The notes under the pieces: generated by a model
Told to the model about the DNA's origin: nothing
The model's input: the letters and a program-made list of their open reading frames with translations, nothing else
The model's database searches: none
Shown here: positions 54,446 through 63,906 of the stretch, piece by piece
Layout of the letters: every line of letters starts with the position of its first letter
How positions within the stretch are numbered: position 1 is the first letter of the stretch
Assembly (NCBI GenBank): GCA_965195355.1
Contig: OZ239627.1
Span: 73,185 to 137,184 of the forward strand
DNA: 64,000 bases
Direction of reading: 5' to 3'
Origin: Rickettsiales bacterium
GTDB lineage: Bacteria > Pseudomonadota > Alphaproteobacteria > Rickettsiales > G965195355
Program-made: the position numbers and the translations under genes

Positions 54446-55170
54446 TCTTTACACAAGAAATTTGCGAGAGTTATAGCAGCTATAACTGCAGTGTCAACTC
54501 TCAATATTGTATTACCTAGGCTTATTCTTTTTCCAGTGAAAGAATCAAGTTCTCTTTGAGTGAATCCGCCCTCTGGACCTATTACTATATTCACATCTGA
54601 TTTTTTTGTATTTGAGAGCGAATCACTATTGTTGCTTGTTGTATCGCATAAGAATGTATTTTTTTGTGGAATTTTAGAGAAATTTATAATTTCTCTGATT
54701 TTTGGTATATTTATGCGCGTACATTGTTCTGATGCTTCTTTTATTTGTAAATACATACGCTGCATATTCATTTCTCGAACTATGGTTCTTTCTGTTATTA
54801 TGGGATTAATAGATGATACTCCTAATTCGGTTGCTTGGCGTATTATATTGCTGTTTTTATTTTTTACTGGTGCGAAATATAAATTAGGTCCATGTTGTTG
54901 TGTTTCTGATTTTCTTATTTGCGTTGTTGGAATGATTTCAATTGATTTTTTATTTATATCCAATATTTCAGAATTCCATTCACCATCTCTTTCGTTAAAA
55001 ATACTCAATGAATCTCCTTTTCTTATACGAACAACATTCTTGAGATAATGAACATCATCATTCTTGAGAGAGAAAATCATACCATTATGTATGTTTTCTA
55101 CGACATATATCCTATATCTTTGTACCATTCTTGAAGAAGTGCTTGAGTCTAGAGTATATTTGCATAGCAT
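54442..55170 (-). CDS. rsmE: 16S rRNA (uracil1498-N3)-methyltransferase RsmE
   Basis: PUA-like N-terminus (H.LKNVVRIRKGD) and SPOUT C-terminus with VIGPEGGFTQRE and ILRVDTA. Confidence 0.85.
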   Translation of the reverse strand: MLCKYTLDSSTSSRMVQRYRIYVVENIHNGMIFSLKNDDVHYLKNVVRIRKGDSLSIFNERDGEWNSEILDINKKSIEIIPTTQIRKSETQQHGPNLYFAPVKNKNSNIIRQATELGVSSINPIITERTIVREMNMQRMYLQIKEASEQCTRINIPKIREIINFSKIPQKNTFLCDTTSNNSDSLSNTKKSDVNIVIGPEGGFTQRELDSFTGKRISLGNTILRVDTAVIAAITLANFLCKE

Positions 55171-55193
55171 TGTTGTCTATTGAGAGTTTTCTA

Positions 55194-56069
55194 ATGAGAT
55201 TTATACGTGATGACGCGAACATAAATTTTGTTGCAATGTTTCCCTTTACGGGAGTGTTATCTTTGTTTGTTCCAGTGATTATGGTTTTTATGTTGCTTCA
55301 CAGCGGATTAAATCTTGGAATAGATTTTGTTGGTGGTGCTTCTGTTCATATTCTTCATAAGGAGAAGCTTTTGGATATACAGAATGCTTTGAAAAAATCA
55401 GGATCCGAAGTTACGGAATATAAAAGTGTTGGCAAATCTGATGAAATGCTAATAAGAATAAAGACAAATGGTGCTAAAATTTTGGATATTGTTAGTGCAC
55501 TGAAAAGCATAAAAAAAATCAGCATTGAGAGCTCATCTTATGTTGGTCCTCAGATTGGTGTAAAGGAAATAAGAAAGAGTTTTATTGCTGTGATCTGTGC
55601 TATTATTGGAATTTTTTTGTATCTCTATTCTAGATTTAGAATAGAATTCGCGATTGGTGGTATACTTGCATTGTTACATGATGTTGCGTTTGTGATGTTG
55701 TGTTTTCCTGTGAGTGGAGCTGAATTTAGCAAGAGCTCTGTTATTGCTATCCTCATAGTTCTAGGTTATTCAATCAATGATTCCGTTGTGATATTTGAGA
55801 AACTGAAACTCAATTATCATAGAATAAAGCTAGATGGAGTTAAAGAAGTCATTAATTATGTAATTAATTCAACATTACCGAGAACCATGATTACATCTAT
55901 TACAACAATAATTCCACTTGGAGTTGTAATGTGTTTTTCTGATGGTAACATATTTAAGTTTGCATCTATCATGTTCTGCGGTATTGCGATCGGTACGTAT
56001 TCATCAATTTTTATATCAGTATATGTGGTATATCTGAAGAATATTTGGTTTAAAAAACCAGAGGTGTAA
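55194..56069 (+). CDS. secF: Protein-export membrane protein SecF
   Basis: LNLGIDFVGG, a six-TM pattern, and YSINDSVVIFE in the SecD/F signature region. An internal Met is preferred over the track start at 55131. Confidence 0.85.
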   Translation: MRFIRDDANINFVAMFPFTGVLSLFVPVIMVFMLLHSGLNLGIDFVGGASVHILHKEKLLDIQNALKKSGSEVTEYKSVGKSDEMLIRIKTNGAKILDIVSALKSIKKISIESSSYVGPQIGVKEIRKSFIAVICAIIGIFLYLYSRFRIEFAIGGILALLHDVAFVMLCFPVSGAEFSKSSVIAILIVLGYSINDSVVIFEKLKLNYHRIKLDGVKEVINYVINSTLPRTMITSITTIIPLGVVMCFSDGNIFKFASIMFCGIAIGTYSSIFISVYVVYLKNIWFKKPEV

Positions 56070-56070
56070 A

Positions 56071-57051
56071 TTGACCTTGATCATTGAAATTACTGAGGCG
56101 ATAACTGATAAATTGGATTCTGCACTTTCTAATCTCGGTAAAATGGAAGAAACAGGATTTTGTTTTAGAAAGATAGAATGTTCAGATATTGACACTGTAA
56201 GGGAAATTTGCCAGAACTCAAAGATTATAGACATAAGAGATGAAGAATGGAATAATAATTTAAGTGCGTTTTGTATGCATAAATTTTGTTCTATAAACAA
56301 TGGAGATGTTGTGCATTATCACGAAGAAGATAAGAAAAATATACAACAAAATCTTGTTGAAATGGTTAGCAAATTAAAGAAAAAAAAAGATACTTTGATT
56401 TTACATTATCAACCTATATTCAGATGTGTTGGCGATTATAGGGATTGTATATACAAAGAATGTTTATTGAGAATGTATGATAATAATAAATATGTATCAG
56501 CAGGGCCTCATATAGATGCTGCTGAAAAGTTACAAGATACACTATGGATAGATAAGATGGTTCTTGATCTTGCAATTAAAGATCTATATCGCGATATGAA
56601 TCAAGTTTTTGGTATTAATATATCAATGAATAGCGCTCAAGATGAAGTTTTTTTGGATTACGTTATAAGTAGGATCTATGGATTTGGAGATAGATTGATA
56701 TTTGAGATCACAGAATATAATCCAATTGTGCGTCCTGCACAGATAAGGAAATTTATGTCTAAAGTTAGATCATTGGGTTGTAGAGTTGCATGTGATGATT
56801 ATGGATCAGGATTTACTCTTGAGTCATATCTTGATGATTTCGATTGGGATTTTGTTAAGATAGATGGGAGTTATATAAAAAACATCGAAAGTCAAAGATC
56901 AAAGGTTTTTATGAAGAGAATAACATCAAGATATGACTCAAGTAAAATGATTGCAGAGATGGTTCAATGTGATGCTGATATTGGATTTTTATCCAATGAG
57001 TATGATATTGAATGTTTTCAAGGATTTTGTTTAGAAGCACCAAATTGTTAA
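56071..57051 (+). CDS. EAL-domain protein (putative c-di-GMP phosphodiesterase) with an unknown N-terminal domain of about 100 aa
   Basis: YQPIF...KECLLRM (the EAL motif as ECL), NISMNS, FEITE, CDDYGSGFT, VKIDGSY and FQGF. TTG start in the track; no GGDEF domain. Confidence 0.75.
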   Translation: MTLIIEITEAITDKLDSALSNLGKMEETGFCFRKIECSDIDTVREICQNSKIIDIRDEEWNNNLSAFCMHKFCSINNGDVVHYHEEDKKNIQQNLVEMVSKLKKKKDTLILHYQPIFRCVGDYRDCIYKECLLRMYDNNKYVSAGPHIDAAEKLQDTLWIDKMVLDLAIKDLYRDMNQVFGINISMNSAQDEVFLDYVISRIYGFGDRLIFEITEYNPIVRPAQIRKFMSKVRSLGCRVACDDYGSGFTLESYLDDFDWDFVKIDGSYIKNIESQRSKVFMKRITSRYDSSKMIAEMVQCDADIGFLSNEYDIECFQGFCLEAPNC

Positions 57052-57062
57052 TTTGATATATT

Positions 57063-57827
57063 ATGGATCAAAAAATAGTGTTAATTACAAATGATGATGG
57101 AATAGATGCTGAGGGTATAAAAGCTCTAGAATCTTCTATTAGTGACATGTTTGATCATGTGTATGTTATTGCACCAGATATAAATCAGAGTGGCAGTGGA
57201 CATTCTATACATATGGATGAAGGTTGTCACAATGAGTTAAAATTGGAGAAACGAGATAATAAGAAATGGAGCGTGAAAGGATACCCATGCGATTGTTCTG
57301 TATTAGGTGTAAAATACCGTGGTATTATGCCAAAAAAACCAGATATAGTGCTTTCTGGAATCAATTATGGAGCGAATGTTGGTTTAGACATGTGGTATTC
57401 TGGTACTGTAAATGCAGCCCTAGATAGTGCGTTTTATGATGTTCCTATTGCAATTGCATTCAGTCAATTATTTGAGAATGGACAGAATTGTAAATTTCAT
57501 ACTGCTGAGTATTATATACCAAAGATAATTCGTTACATCGTGAAGAATTACGATCGTGTTTGTATGAATGTTAACTTTCCAAATGCTGAGATAAATGAAG
57601 TAAAAGGAGTGAAATTTGTAGAACAAGGAAGATACTTGTCCAATAGTGAGATTATTAAGGTAAGAGATGATGCTGTGATTCGTGAAGTTTCTCATAAGCG
57701 TGATGAAGATTGTACTGGTGATTTGTATTCTGGATATATAACCTTGACACCTGTGAGTTCCGATATTACGGATTATGATATTTTAAGAAAAATGCAAGAA
57801 ACAAATTCTGATGATGTAATAAAATGA
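57063..57827 (+). CDS. surE: 5'/3'-nucleotidase SurE
   Basis: VLITNDDGIDAEGIKAL, SGINYGAN and YSGTV motifs. Confidence 0.9.
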   Translation: MDQKIVLITNDDGIDAEGIKALESSISDMFDHVYVIAPDINQSGSGHSIHMDEGCHNELKLEKRDNKKWSVKGYPCDCSVLGVKYRGIMPKKPDIVLSGINYGANVGLDMWYSGTVNAALDSAFYDVPIAIAFSQLFENGQNCKFHTAEYYIPKIIRYIVKNYDRVCMNVNFPNAEINEVKGVKFVEQGRYLSNSEIIKVRDDAVIREVSHKRDEDCTGDLYSGYITLTPVSSDITDYDILRKMQETNSDDVIK

Positions 57828-59089
57828 TTGCTGTTTTAGGATTGGGGGTGACGGGAATTTCCGTATTAGATCAATTTCCGAATGCAAAATTTGCTTGGGA
57901 TGATAATGAAGAACGAGTTGAAGAATTGAAAATAAAATACCCCAACGTTGAATTTACGCATGATATTCCGTGGGGTGATATTGAGAGCTTAGTTGTTAGT
58001 CCTGGTGTACCGTTGTATTATCCAGCACCTCATAGAGTTATTAAATCTGCAATGAACAATGGGGTGAAGATCACATGTGATGTAGATTTGTTTTATAATT
58101 TGAATAGGAATTCCAAATTTATCGGTATTACAGGTACGAATGGCAAATCTACGACTGTATCTTTGATATATTTAATCTTGAGGAATTTAGGCTTTGATGT
58201 TGAGATTGGTGGAAATATAGGTGTTCCAATATTAAATTTAAGACATAATGCTGATATATATATTCTTGAGCTTTCATCTTTTCAATTAGATTTGTGCGTG
58301 GATTTGAGAATTAATGGAGCTAGTATTGTGAATATATCTGAGGATCATATTGATAGACATGGTTCTATGGAGAGATATAAAAACGCAAAAAAGAGGATTT
58401 TCAGAAATCAAATGAAGGATGATCTTGCTGTGATGAGTTCTGATTTTGATACAAATGCGCAGGTTATCCGATTTTCCATTCATGCAGATGTGAGAGGAGA
58501 TATAAAAGTCATTAATGGTGTTATATATGATGAGGAGAAGAGCTTTGGGATACCAAATGAATATCTAAGAAGTGCACAGAATTCCGAAAATGTTGCTATT
58601 ACATATACTATATGCAATAGATTGTGGGGAATCCCTGGAGAGCAGATAGTGTTTCATATGAAGGATTTTGTTGGTTTGCGTCACAGATGTGAGTTTGTTC
58701 GGAAAGTTCGGGGAGTGAATTTTGTTAATGATAGTAAAGCAACAAATTCTGCATCTGCAATTGGAGCTTTGGATTCATATAAAAATATATATTGGATTGC
58801 TGGTGGTATTATTAAAGAAAATGATATATCTGAGATGATTGATCACTTCACACATGTGAAGAAAGCATATTTTTTTGGTAAGGATGCAACAAAGTTATCA
58901 TGCATATGCACCGTTCCTTATATGGAGTTTCAAGATATGACACAAGCACTAGAAGCGGCCTGGGAAGATGCAAAAAAAGAGGAGAATTGTACAGTTCTCC
59001 TTTCTCCAGCAGGAGCCTCGCTTGATCAATGGAAAAATTTTGAAGAGCGAGGAAACCACTTTTGTGATTTTGCTGTGAAAATTAACTAA
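57824..59089 (+). CDS. murD: UDP-N-acetylmuramoylalanine--D-glutamate ligase
   Basis: GITGTNGKSTT P-loop, NISEDHIDRHG and DSKATN motifs. Confidence 0.9.
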   Translation: MIAVLGLGVTGISVLDQFPNAKFAWDDNEERVEELKIKYPNVEFTHDIPWGDIESLVVSPGVPLYYPAPHRVIKSAMNNGVKITCDVDLFYNLNRNSKFIGITGTNGKSTTVSLIYLILRNLGFDVEIGGNIGVPILNLRHNADIYILELSSFQLDLCVDLRINGASIVNISEDHIDRHGSMERYKNAKKRIFRNQMKDDLAVMSSDFDTNAQVIRFSIHADVRGDIKVINGVIYDEEKSFGIPNEYLRSAQNSENVAITYTICNRLWGIPGEQIVFHMKDFVGLRHRCEFVRKVRGVNFVNDSKATNSASAIGALDSYKNIYWIAGGIIKENDISEMIDHFTHVKKAYFFGKDATKLSCICTVPYMEFQDMTQALEAAWEDAKKEENCTVLLSPAGASLDQWKNFEERGNHFCDFAVKIN

Positions 59090-59094
59090 GCTTA

Positions 59095-59580
59095 TTATTT
59101 AATAGCGGCAGGTTGGTTTGCTTTGTTGTTTATACATGAAACTGCACCAAGAACCAAACTTCCAGGGAAATTTACAAATGCAGATGTTAGTAAGCATGTT
59201 CCAAGTACTCCATCTTTAATTCCTTTTGATGTATATTCTGATGCTTTTGTGTATACTTTTGTTTCAGCTCCTGTTGTTGTTGTTGTTGTTGTTGTTTGCT
59301 TTGCTTTGATGGTAAATGCAAATGATACAGTTGCAGCTAATAGCAACAAGATTCCAACTGCAATAGCTGAAGACAAACCGATTGATTCTTCCCAAGATTT
59401 ATTAGCTTGTTTGTGTAATACGAAGATAAAAGGAATCATGAGTATTGTTGCATTTAAAGCTGTGCAAGTTACTACTCCGAGTATACCAGCTACTTTTTTT
59501 GCTTTTGGATCTCCTTGAGCATGTTTGATTGAAGTGTTTAGTAATGGGCAAAGCATTTGTACTTTCTTTTCTATGGTCAT
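59095..59580 (-). CDS. Hypothetical membrane protein containing a poly-Thr8 tract
   Basis: 161 aa with about 3-4 TM segments. KQTTTTTTTTGAE is encoded by (ACA)8. Confidence 0.45.
   Translation of the reverse strand: MTIEKKVQMLCPLLNTSIKHAQGDPKAKKVAGILGVVTCTALNATILMIPFIFVLHKQANKSWEESIGLSSAIAVGILLLLAATVSFAFTIKAKQTTTTTTTTGAETKVYTKASEYTSKGIKDGVLGTCLLTSAFVNFPGSLVLGAVSCINNKANQPAAIK
59272..59296. repeat. Trinucleotide microsatellite (TGT)8 / (ACA)8 inside a CDS
   Basis: tgttgttgttgttgttgttgttgtt at 59272-59296. Confidence 0.95.
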
Positions 59581-59709
59581 AACAAATAAAGATTAAATTA
59601 ATATTTAATATATATCATAATCTACATCTGGCGTCAAGCATTGATATTATCTCTTACAAAAGGAGAATTATCATGATATGATTCATGAATGATAGTGTAA
59701 TTTTTTTGT

Positions 59710-61413
59710 ATGGAAGGTACTCATTCTTTGTCAATAGAAGAACTTTTAAAAGTTGGTGCTCATTTTGGACATAGTAAATCTATATGGAACCCTAAAATGG
59801 CTCCATTCATATACGGGCTTGCGCGCAACAATGTGCATATTTTAGATCTCGCTAAAACCGTCCGTCTTTCTCAGGAGATTTGCAAATTCATTGCGGGTCT
59901 TGCATCCTCGAATAGGAATATATTGTTTGTAAGCACAAAACCTCATACTTCTGAGATAGTAAAGAAATATGCTGAAGAATGTGGACAATTTTACGTGAAT
60001 AATAGATGGAGACCTGGTGCCCTTACTAATTGGAAAGAGGGGATAAAATCCATGAAGAAACTCAAGAAATATGATGAATTATTAGATTCAGAAGTGCGAT
60101 CTCAAAGTTATACCAAGAAGGAAATTGCGAAAATTAGAAGGAAATATGATAAATTGCAGAATTCTGTTGGTGGTATACGCGATATGAGATCAATTCCTGA
60201 TTGCTTATTCGTTTTGGATGTCAATAAAGATAGGATTGCTATATCTGAAGCAAATATGTTGGGAATTCCTGTTATAGGTGTATTAGATAGTGATTCTAAT
60301 CCTGATGGCATAGATTACCCTCTCCCTGCAAATGATGATTCCACGAAAACAATTGATATTGTGTGTGCGTTTATTGCGCGTTGTTACAATGCAAACGTTT
60401 CAGAGCGTGGGAGGAGGTCAAGATCTGTGGATGATATTAGAAGTCATTCTAATTCAGAAAGAGGAAATAAGCGCCTTAATAGAGGAGATACACCAAAAGC
60501 AGAATCAGAATCGAAGAAAGTAGTGAAATCAGAAACCATGAATAAAGCGCCAAAAATAAAAGAAAAAGATGCAGATGTGGATTTGATTAAGCGCATTCGT
60601 AGTGTTACTGGTGCTGGCATATTGGATTGTCGCAATGCTGTTAAAGAGTCGAATGGTTCTGAGGAGAAAGCCGTTGAAATTCTAAGAAAGAAAGGAATTG
60701 CTTCTGCGGACAAAAAATCAGAACGAGACACAGATGAAGGATTGGTTTATGTGCACAATATAAGCAATGCTAAATTAGCATTGTTGCAGTTGTCATGTGA
60801 GACAGATTTTGTAGCTAAGGGTGAGAAGATTAGGAATTTTGCAGAATCTCTGTGTGATGAAATGATATCAAAAGATGTGCAGGGTGTTAATCCCAATATA
60901 AGTCCTTTTGAGGATTCATTGAAATCTTGCATATCTTCTGTTGGTGAAAACATAAGGATTCCGTATTTTAGAGTATTTGATACGTCAAAAAGTGGATCAG
61001 TGATATATTACATTCATAATAAATATAGCGGTAGTAATGTTTCTGGAAAAATGGCTTCCATTGTTGTGTTTGATGGGAAATCTGATGAGTTTGGAGAACA
61101 TATAGCAATGCATATAGCAGCTAATGCACCTAAATATTTGGATCGAAAGAGTGTACCTCAGAGAGATATCGATAAAGAAAGAGAGATTCTAATGGCACAG
61201 GTTGCAGAATCTGGAAAAAAGGGAGACGTTATAGATAAGATAGTAGATGGAAGAATGCAGAAATTTTTCGCAAGTAATGTTTTGCTTGAGCAGAAATACT
61301 TGATGGATGATTCTAAGACAGTAGGTAAATTTCTCGAGAGTTCTGGTGTGCATATTGTCAAATATTGTCTTGCAAGGATTGGAATTGACATAATTGAGCA
61401 AGATGCTTCTTAA
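59710..61413 (+). CDS. rpsB: Single 567-aa ORF fusing ribosomal protein S2 (N-terminal about 232 aa) with elongation factor Ts (C-terminal about 285 aa) through a basic/Ser-rich linker
   Basis: S2 part: LLKVGAHFGHSKSIWNPKM, NNRWRPGALTN, VLDVNKDRIAISEANMLGIPVIGVLDSDSNP. EF-Ts part: LIKRIRSVTGAGILDCRNAVKESNGSEEKAVEILRKKGIASADKKSERDTDEG...CETDFVAKG. There is no stop codon between the two. An in-frame ATG at 60538 could start tsf. Confidence 0.85.
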   Translation: MEGTHSLSIEELLKVGAHFGHSKSIWNPKMAPFIYGLARNNVHILDLAKTVRLSQEICKFIAGLASSNRNILFVSTKPHTSEIVKKYAEECGQFYVNNRWRPGALTNWKEGIKSMKKLKKYDELLDSEVRSQSYTKKEIAKIRRKYDKLQNSVGGIRDMRSIPDCLFVLDVNKDRIAISEANMLGIPVIGVLDSDSNPDGIDYPLPANDDSTKTIDIVCAFIARCYNANVSERGRRSRSVDDIRSHSNSERGNKRLNRGDTPKAESESKKVVKSETMNKAPKIKEKDADVDLIKRIRSVTGAGILDCRNAVKESNGSEEKAVEILRKKGIASADKKSERDTDEGLVYVHNISNAKLALLQLSCETDFVAKGEKIRNFAESLCDEMISKDVQGVNPNISPFEDSLKSCISSVGENIRIPYFRVFDTSKSGSVIYYIHNKYSGSNVSGKMASIVVFDGKSDEFGEHIAMHIAANAPKYLDRKSVPQRDIDKEREILMAQVAESGKKGDVIDKIVDGRMQKFFASNVLLEQKYLMDDSKTVGKFLESSGVHIVKYCLARIGIDIIEQDAS

Positions 61414-62119
61414 TGAAAAACTTAATAGAATTCTGATCAAGATATCAGGTGAATTTTTTTCCTCTTCTGACAAGTTGTTGGATATGAGAAAGATATCTTC
61501 TGTTTCTGAGGATTTGTGTTGTATCAATAAGCAGGGAATAGAGACAGGAATTGTAGTTGGGGGTGGAAATATTTGTCGAGGGAGAGATATTTCTGGTATT
61601 GATAAGATAATCGCTGATCAGGCTGGGATGCTTTCTACTGTAATCAATGGCTTGGTATTATCAGATGTATTGAGGCAAAAGAATGTCAAGGTTCGAGTGC
61701 TTTCTTCAGTTCCTATGAGTGGAATATGTGAGCTTTATTGCAGAAGTAGAGCGCTTGAATATATTAATTCAGGTGAAATATTGATATTTGTATGTGGTAC
61801 TGGGAATCCTATTTTTACTACTGACACTGCTGCAGCACTGAGGGCTGTAGAGATGAAATGCGATGTATTTCTTAAAGGAACTCATGTTCCAGGTGTTTTT
61901 TCTAAAGATCCAAGAGAATCTAATGATGCAAAACATCTACATAAGGTTTCTTATCATGATATCATGAAGATGAAATTAGATGTCATTGATATGTCTGCTG
62001 CATCTATATCTGAATGTGGGAATGTTCCAATCGTAATATTTGATATAAATAAGAAGAATTCTATACTAGATGTCATTGCGGGTAAGGGGCAGTATAGCGT
62101 AATATCGGATGGAGGATGA
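61394..62119 (+). CDS. pyrH: UMP kinase
   Basis: RILIKISGE, VVGGGNICRG and GTGNPIFTTDTAAALRA motifs. Start is probably the ATG at 61403. Confidence 0.9.
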   Translation: MSKMLLNEKLNRILIKISGEFFSSSDKLLDMRKISSVSEDLCCINKQGIETGIVVGGGNICRGRDISGIDKIIADQAGMLSTVINGLVLSDVLRQKNVKVRVLSSVPMSGICELYCRSRALEYINSGEILIFVCGTGNPIFTTDTAAALRAVEMKCDVFLKGTHVPGVFSKDPRESNDAKHLHKVSYHDIMKMKLDVIDMSAASISECGNVPIVIFDINKKNSILDVIAGKGQYSVISDGG

Positions 62120-63098
62120 TAAGATCCATCCACCAACGCAAAAAAAATTGCGAGATTCCAGAGAGAAAGGCAAGACATTCTCCTCAAAAGAATTGTCAAA
62201 ATGCGTAGTATTGTCTTGTTTTTGTCTTTGGTTGTGGGTTATTGCTAAGAGTTTTATCCCACAATTCGTTGTGCTTCTCTCTCAGTTTATTTCGCATCGG
62301 CCAATTAATATCCAAAATGGATTGATAGATATATTCATGTTATGTGCTCCTCATTTGTCATTATTTTTTATATTTAATATTTTAAGTATTGCTTTGCAGA
62401 GATATCCTGTTGCAAGTTTGAATAACATAAATCCTGATCCGAAAAGGATAATGCCTTCATTGAAGAAGATTATATCAATGCAAGTGTTATTTAATCTAAT
62501 CAAGACTGTAATTTTACTTGTGGTAGTGATTTTACTTACTGTGAATGTCATTAAAAATCACTTGCATGAGATTTTATACAATCATAATTATAAGATTATA
62601 TGGAGCATCATTTTTTATATCTTTATATATTCTTCCATTTTGGCTTGTTTTATAGGCATTGTGGATTATATGTATCAGAGACATCAGTTTTTGAAAGGCA
62701 TAAGAATGTCTCATAAGGAGATACAAGATGAATTCAAGGAAACAGAAGGAAATCCTGAAATGAGATCTAAATTGAAGAATATACGACGCAGAAAGGCTAA
62801 AGCGATCATGATGGAGGCAGTGAAATCTGCAACTGTTGTGATTCGCAATCCAGAACATTATGCTGTTGCGTTGAAGTATGATTACGACAGTCCACAGCCA
62901 CCAAGAGTAGTGGCAAAGGGTGTTGATGCAATTGCTTTGAAGATAATAGAGGTGGCGCAATATCATAATGTTAAGATCAAAACTGACAGACCCCTTGCTA
63001 GTAACTTATACTATAGCATTGAGATAGACGATTATATTTCGGAGAAGTTTTTTGTTGTAGTTGCAGAAGTGATTAAATTTGCTAACCAGAACTTATGA
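62109..63098 (+). CDS. flhB: Flagellar (type III) export apparatus protein FlhB
   Basis: N-terminal EDDKIHPPTQKKLRDSREKGKTFSSKEL, four TM segments, KMSHKEIQDEFKETEGNPEMRSKLK, and an autocleavage-site region VVIRNPEHYAVALKY (NPTH as NPEH). Confidence 0.85.
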   Translation: MEDDKIHPPTQKKLRDSREKGKTFSSKELSKCVVLSCFCLWLWVIAKSFIPQFVVLLSQFISHRPINIQNGLIDIFMLCAPHLSLFFIFNILSIALQRYPVASLNNINPDPKRIMPSLKKIISMQVLFNLIKTVILLVVVILLTVNVIKNHLHEILYNHNYKIIWSIIFYIFIYSSILACFIGIVDYMYQRHQFLKGIRMSHKEIQDEFKETEGNPEMRSKLKNIRRRKAKAIMMEAVKSATVVIRNPEHYAVALKYDYDSPQPPRVVAKGVDAIALKIIEVAQYHNVKIKTDRPLASNLYYSIEIDDYISEKFFVVVAEVIKFANQNL

Positions 63099-63906
63099 TT
63101 GATATCAATATCAATATTCCTGCAATGCTGTTTGATTTGAAACAGAGCATATATTTTTTAAATCGATGCGCTAGATAAATTTGTAATGACAGGGTCATGA
63201 TGGTTAGCAAATTAATTATATAGAACATAAAACTAAAATTACTCACCATACCAAAAGATCCAAGAAATAATATAGAAATGAAATACAAGCATGAGATAAA
63301 AAACAGAGGATTTTTTCGGAATTTCACTGCAATTGATCCTATTCCAATTCTTGAGTCATCATCTGCATCTTGCATTGCGTAGATTGTATCGTAACCTGCG
63401 ACCCAGAACACTGAACACATATATAACAATATACATCTAGGATCGAATTGATCAGTGAATGCGATTGATCCTATTATTACACCAGAGCTATATGTCAATC
63501 CGAGGAAGAATTGAGGACCCCACATTACGCGCTTTGCTAATGGATATATTATTGCCATTAGAAAGAATCCTAAGCTGCATATAATTGCTTTCATTTTCAC
63601 GCATAATAGGATTTGAGATCCAATTAGTAATAAAATTGCCAACAAAATTAGAGCTCTCGTGATGGAAATCTCTCCATTTGCGATTGGTCGAGATTTTGTT
63701 CTTTCAACTTGTCTATCTATATCGATATCTAGTATATCATTTATGATGCACCCCGCTGATCGCATCACGAAAGCCCCAAGAAGAAAAATTAAACACAATC
63801 TTATATTTTGATGTGCGCTCCACATGCAAGGCAATGCTAGAAGGATTGTACCAGTTGGATTGAAAAATCTAATTAATCTGAGATAAGATAATAATTTTAT
63901 ACTCAT
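63082..63906 (-). CDS. ubiA: 4-hydroxybenzoate polyprenyltransferase
   Basis: NDILDIDIDRQVERTKSRPIANG first Asp-rich motif, YDTIYAMQDADDD second motif, and 8-9 TM segments. Convergent 17-nt overlap with flhB. Confidence 0.85.
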   Translation of the reverse strand: MSIKLLSYLRLIRFFNPTGTILLALPCMWSAHQNIRLCLIFLLGAFVMRSAGCIINDILDIDIDRQVERTKSRPIANGEISITRALILLAILLLIGSQILLCVKMKAIICSLGFFLMAIIYPLAKRVMWGPQFFLGLTYSSGVIIGSIAFTDQFDPRCILLYMCSVFWVAGYDTIYAMQDADDDSRIGIGSIAVKFRKNPLFFISCLYFISILFLGSFGMVSNFSFMFYIINLLTIMTLSLQIYLAHRFKKYMLCFKSNSIAGILILISIISSG

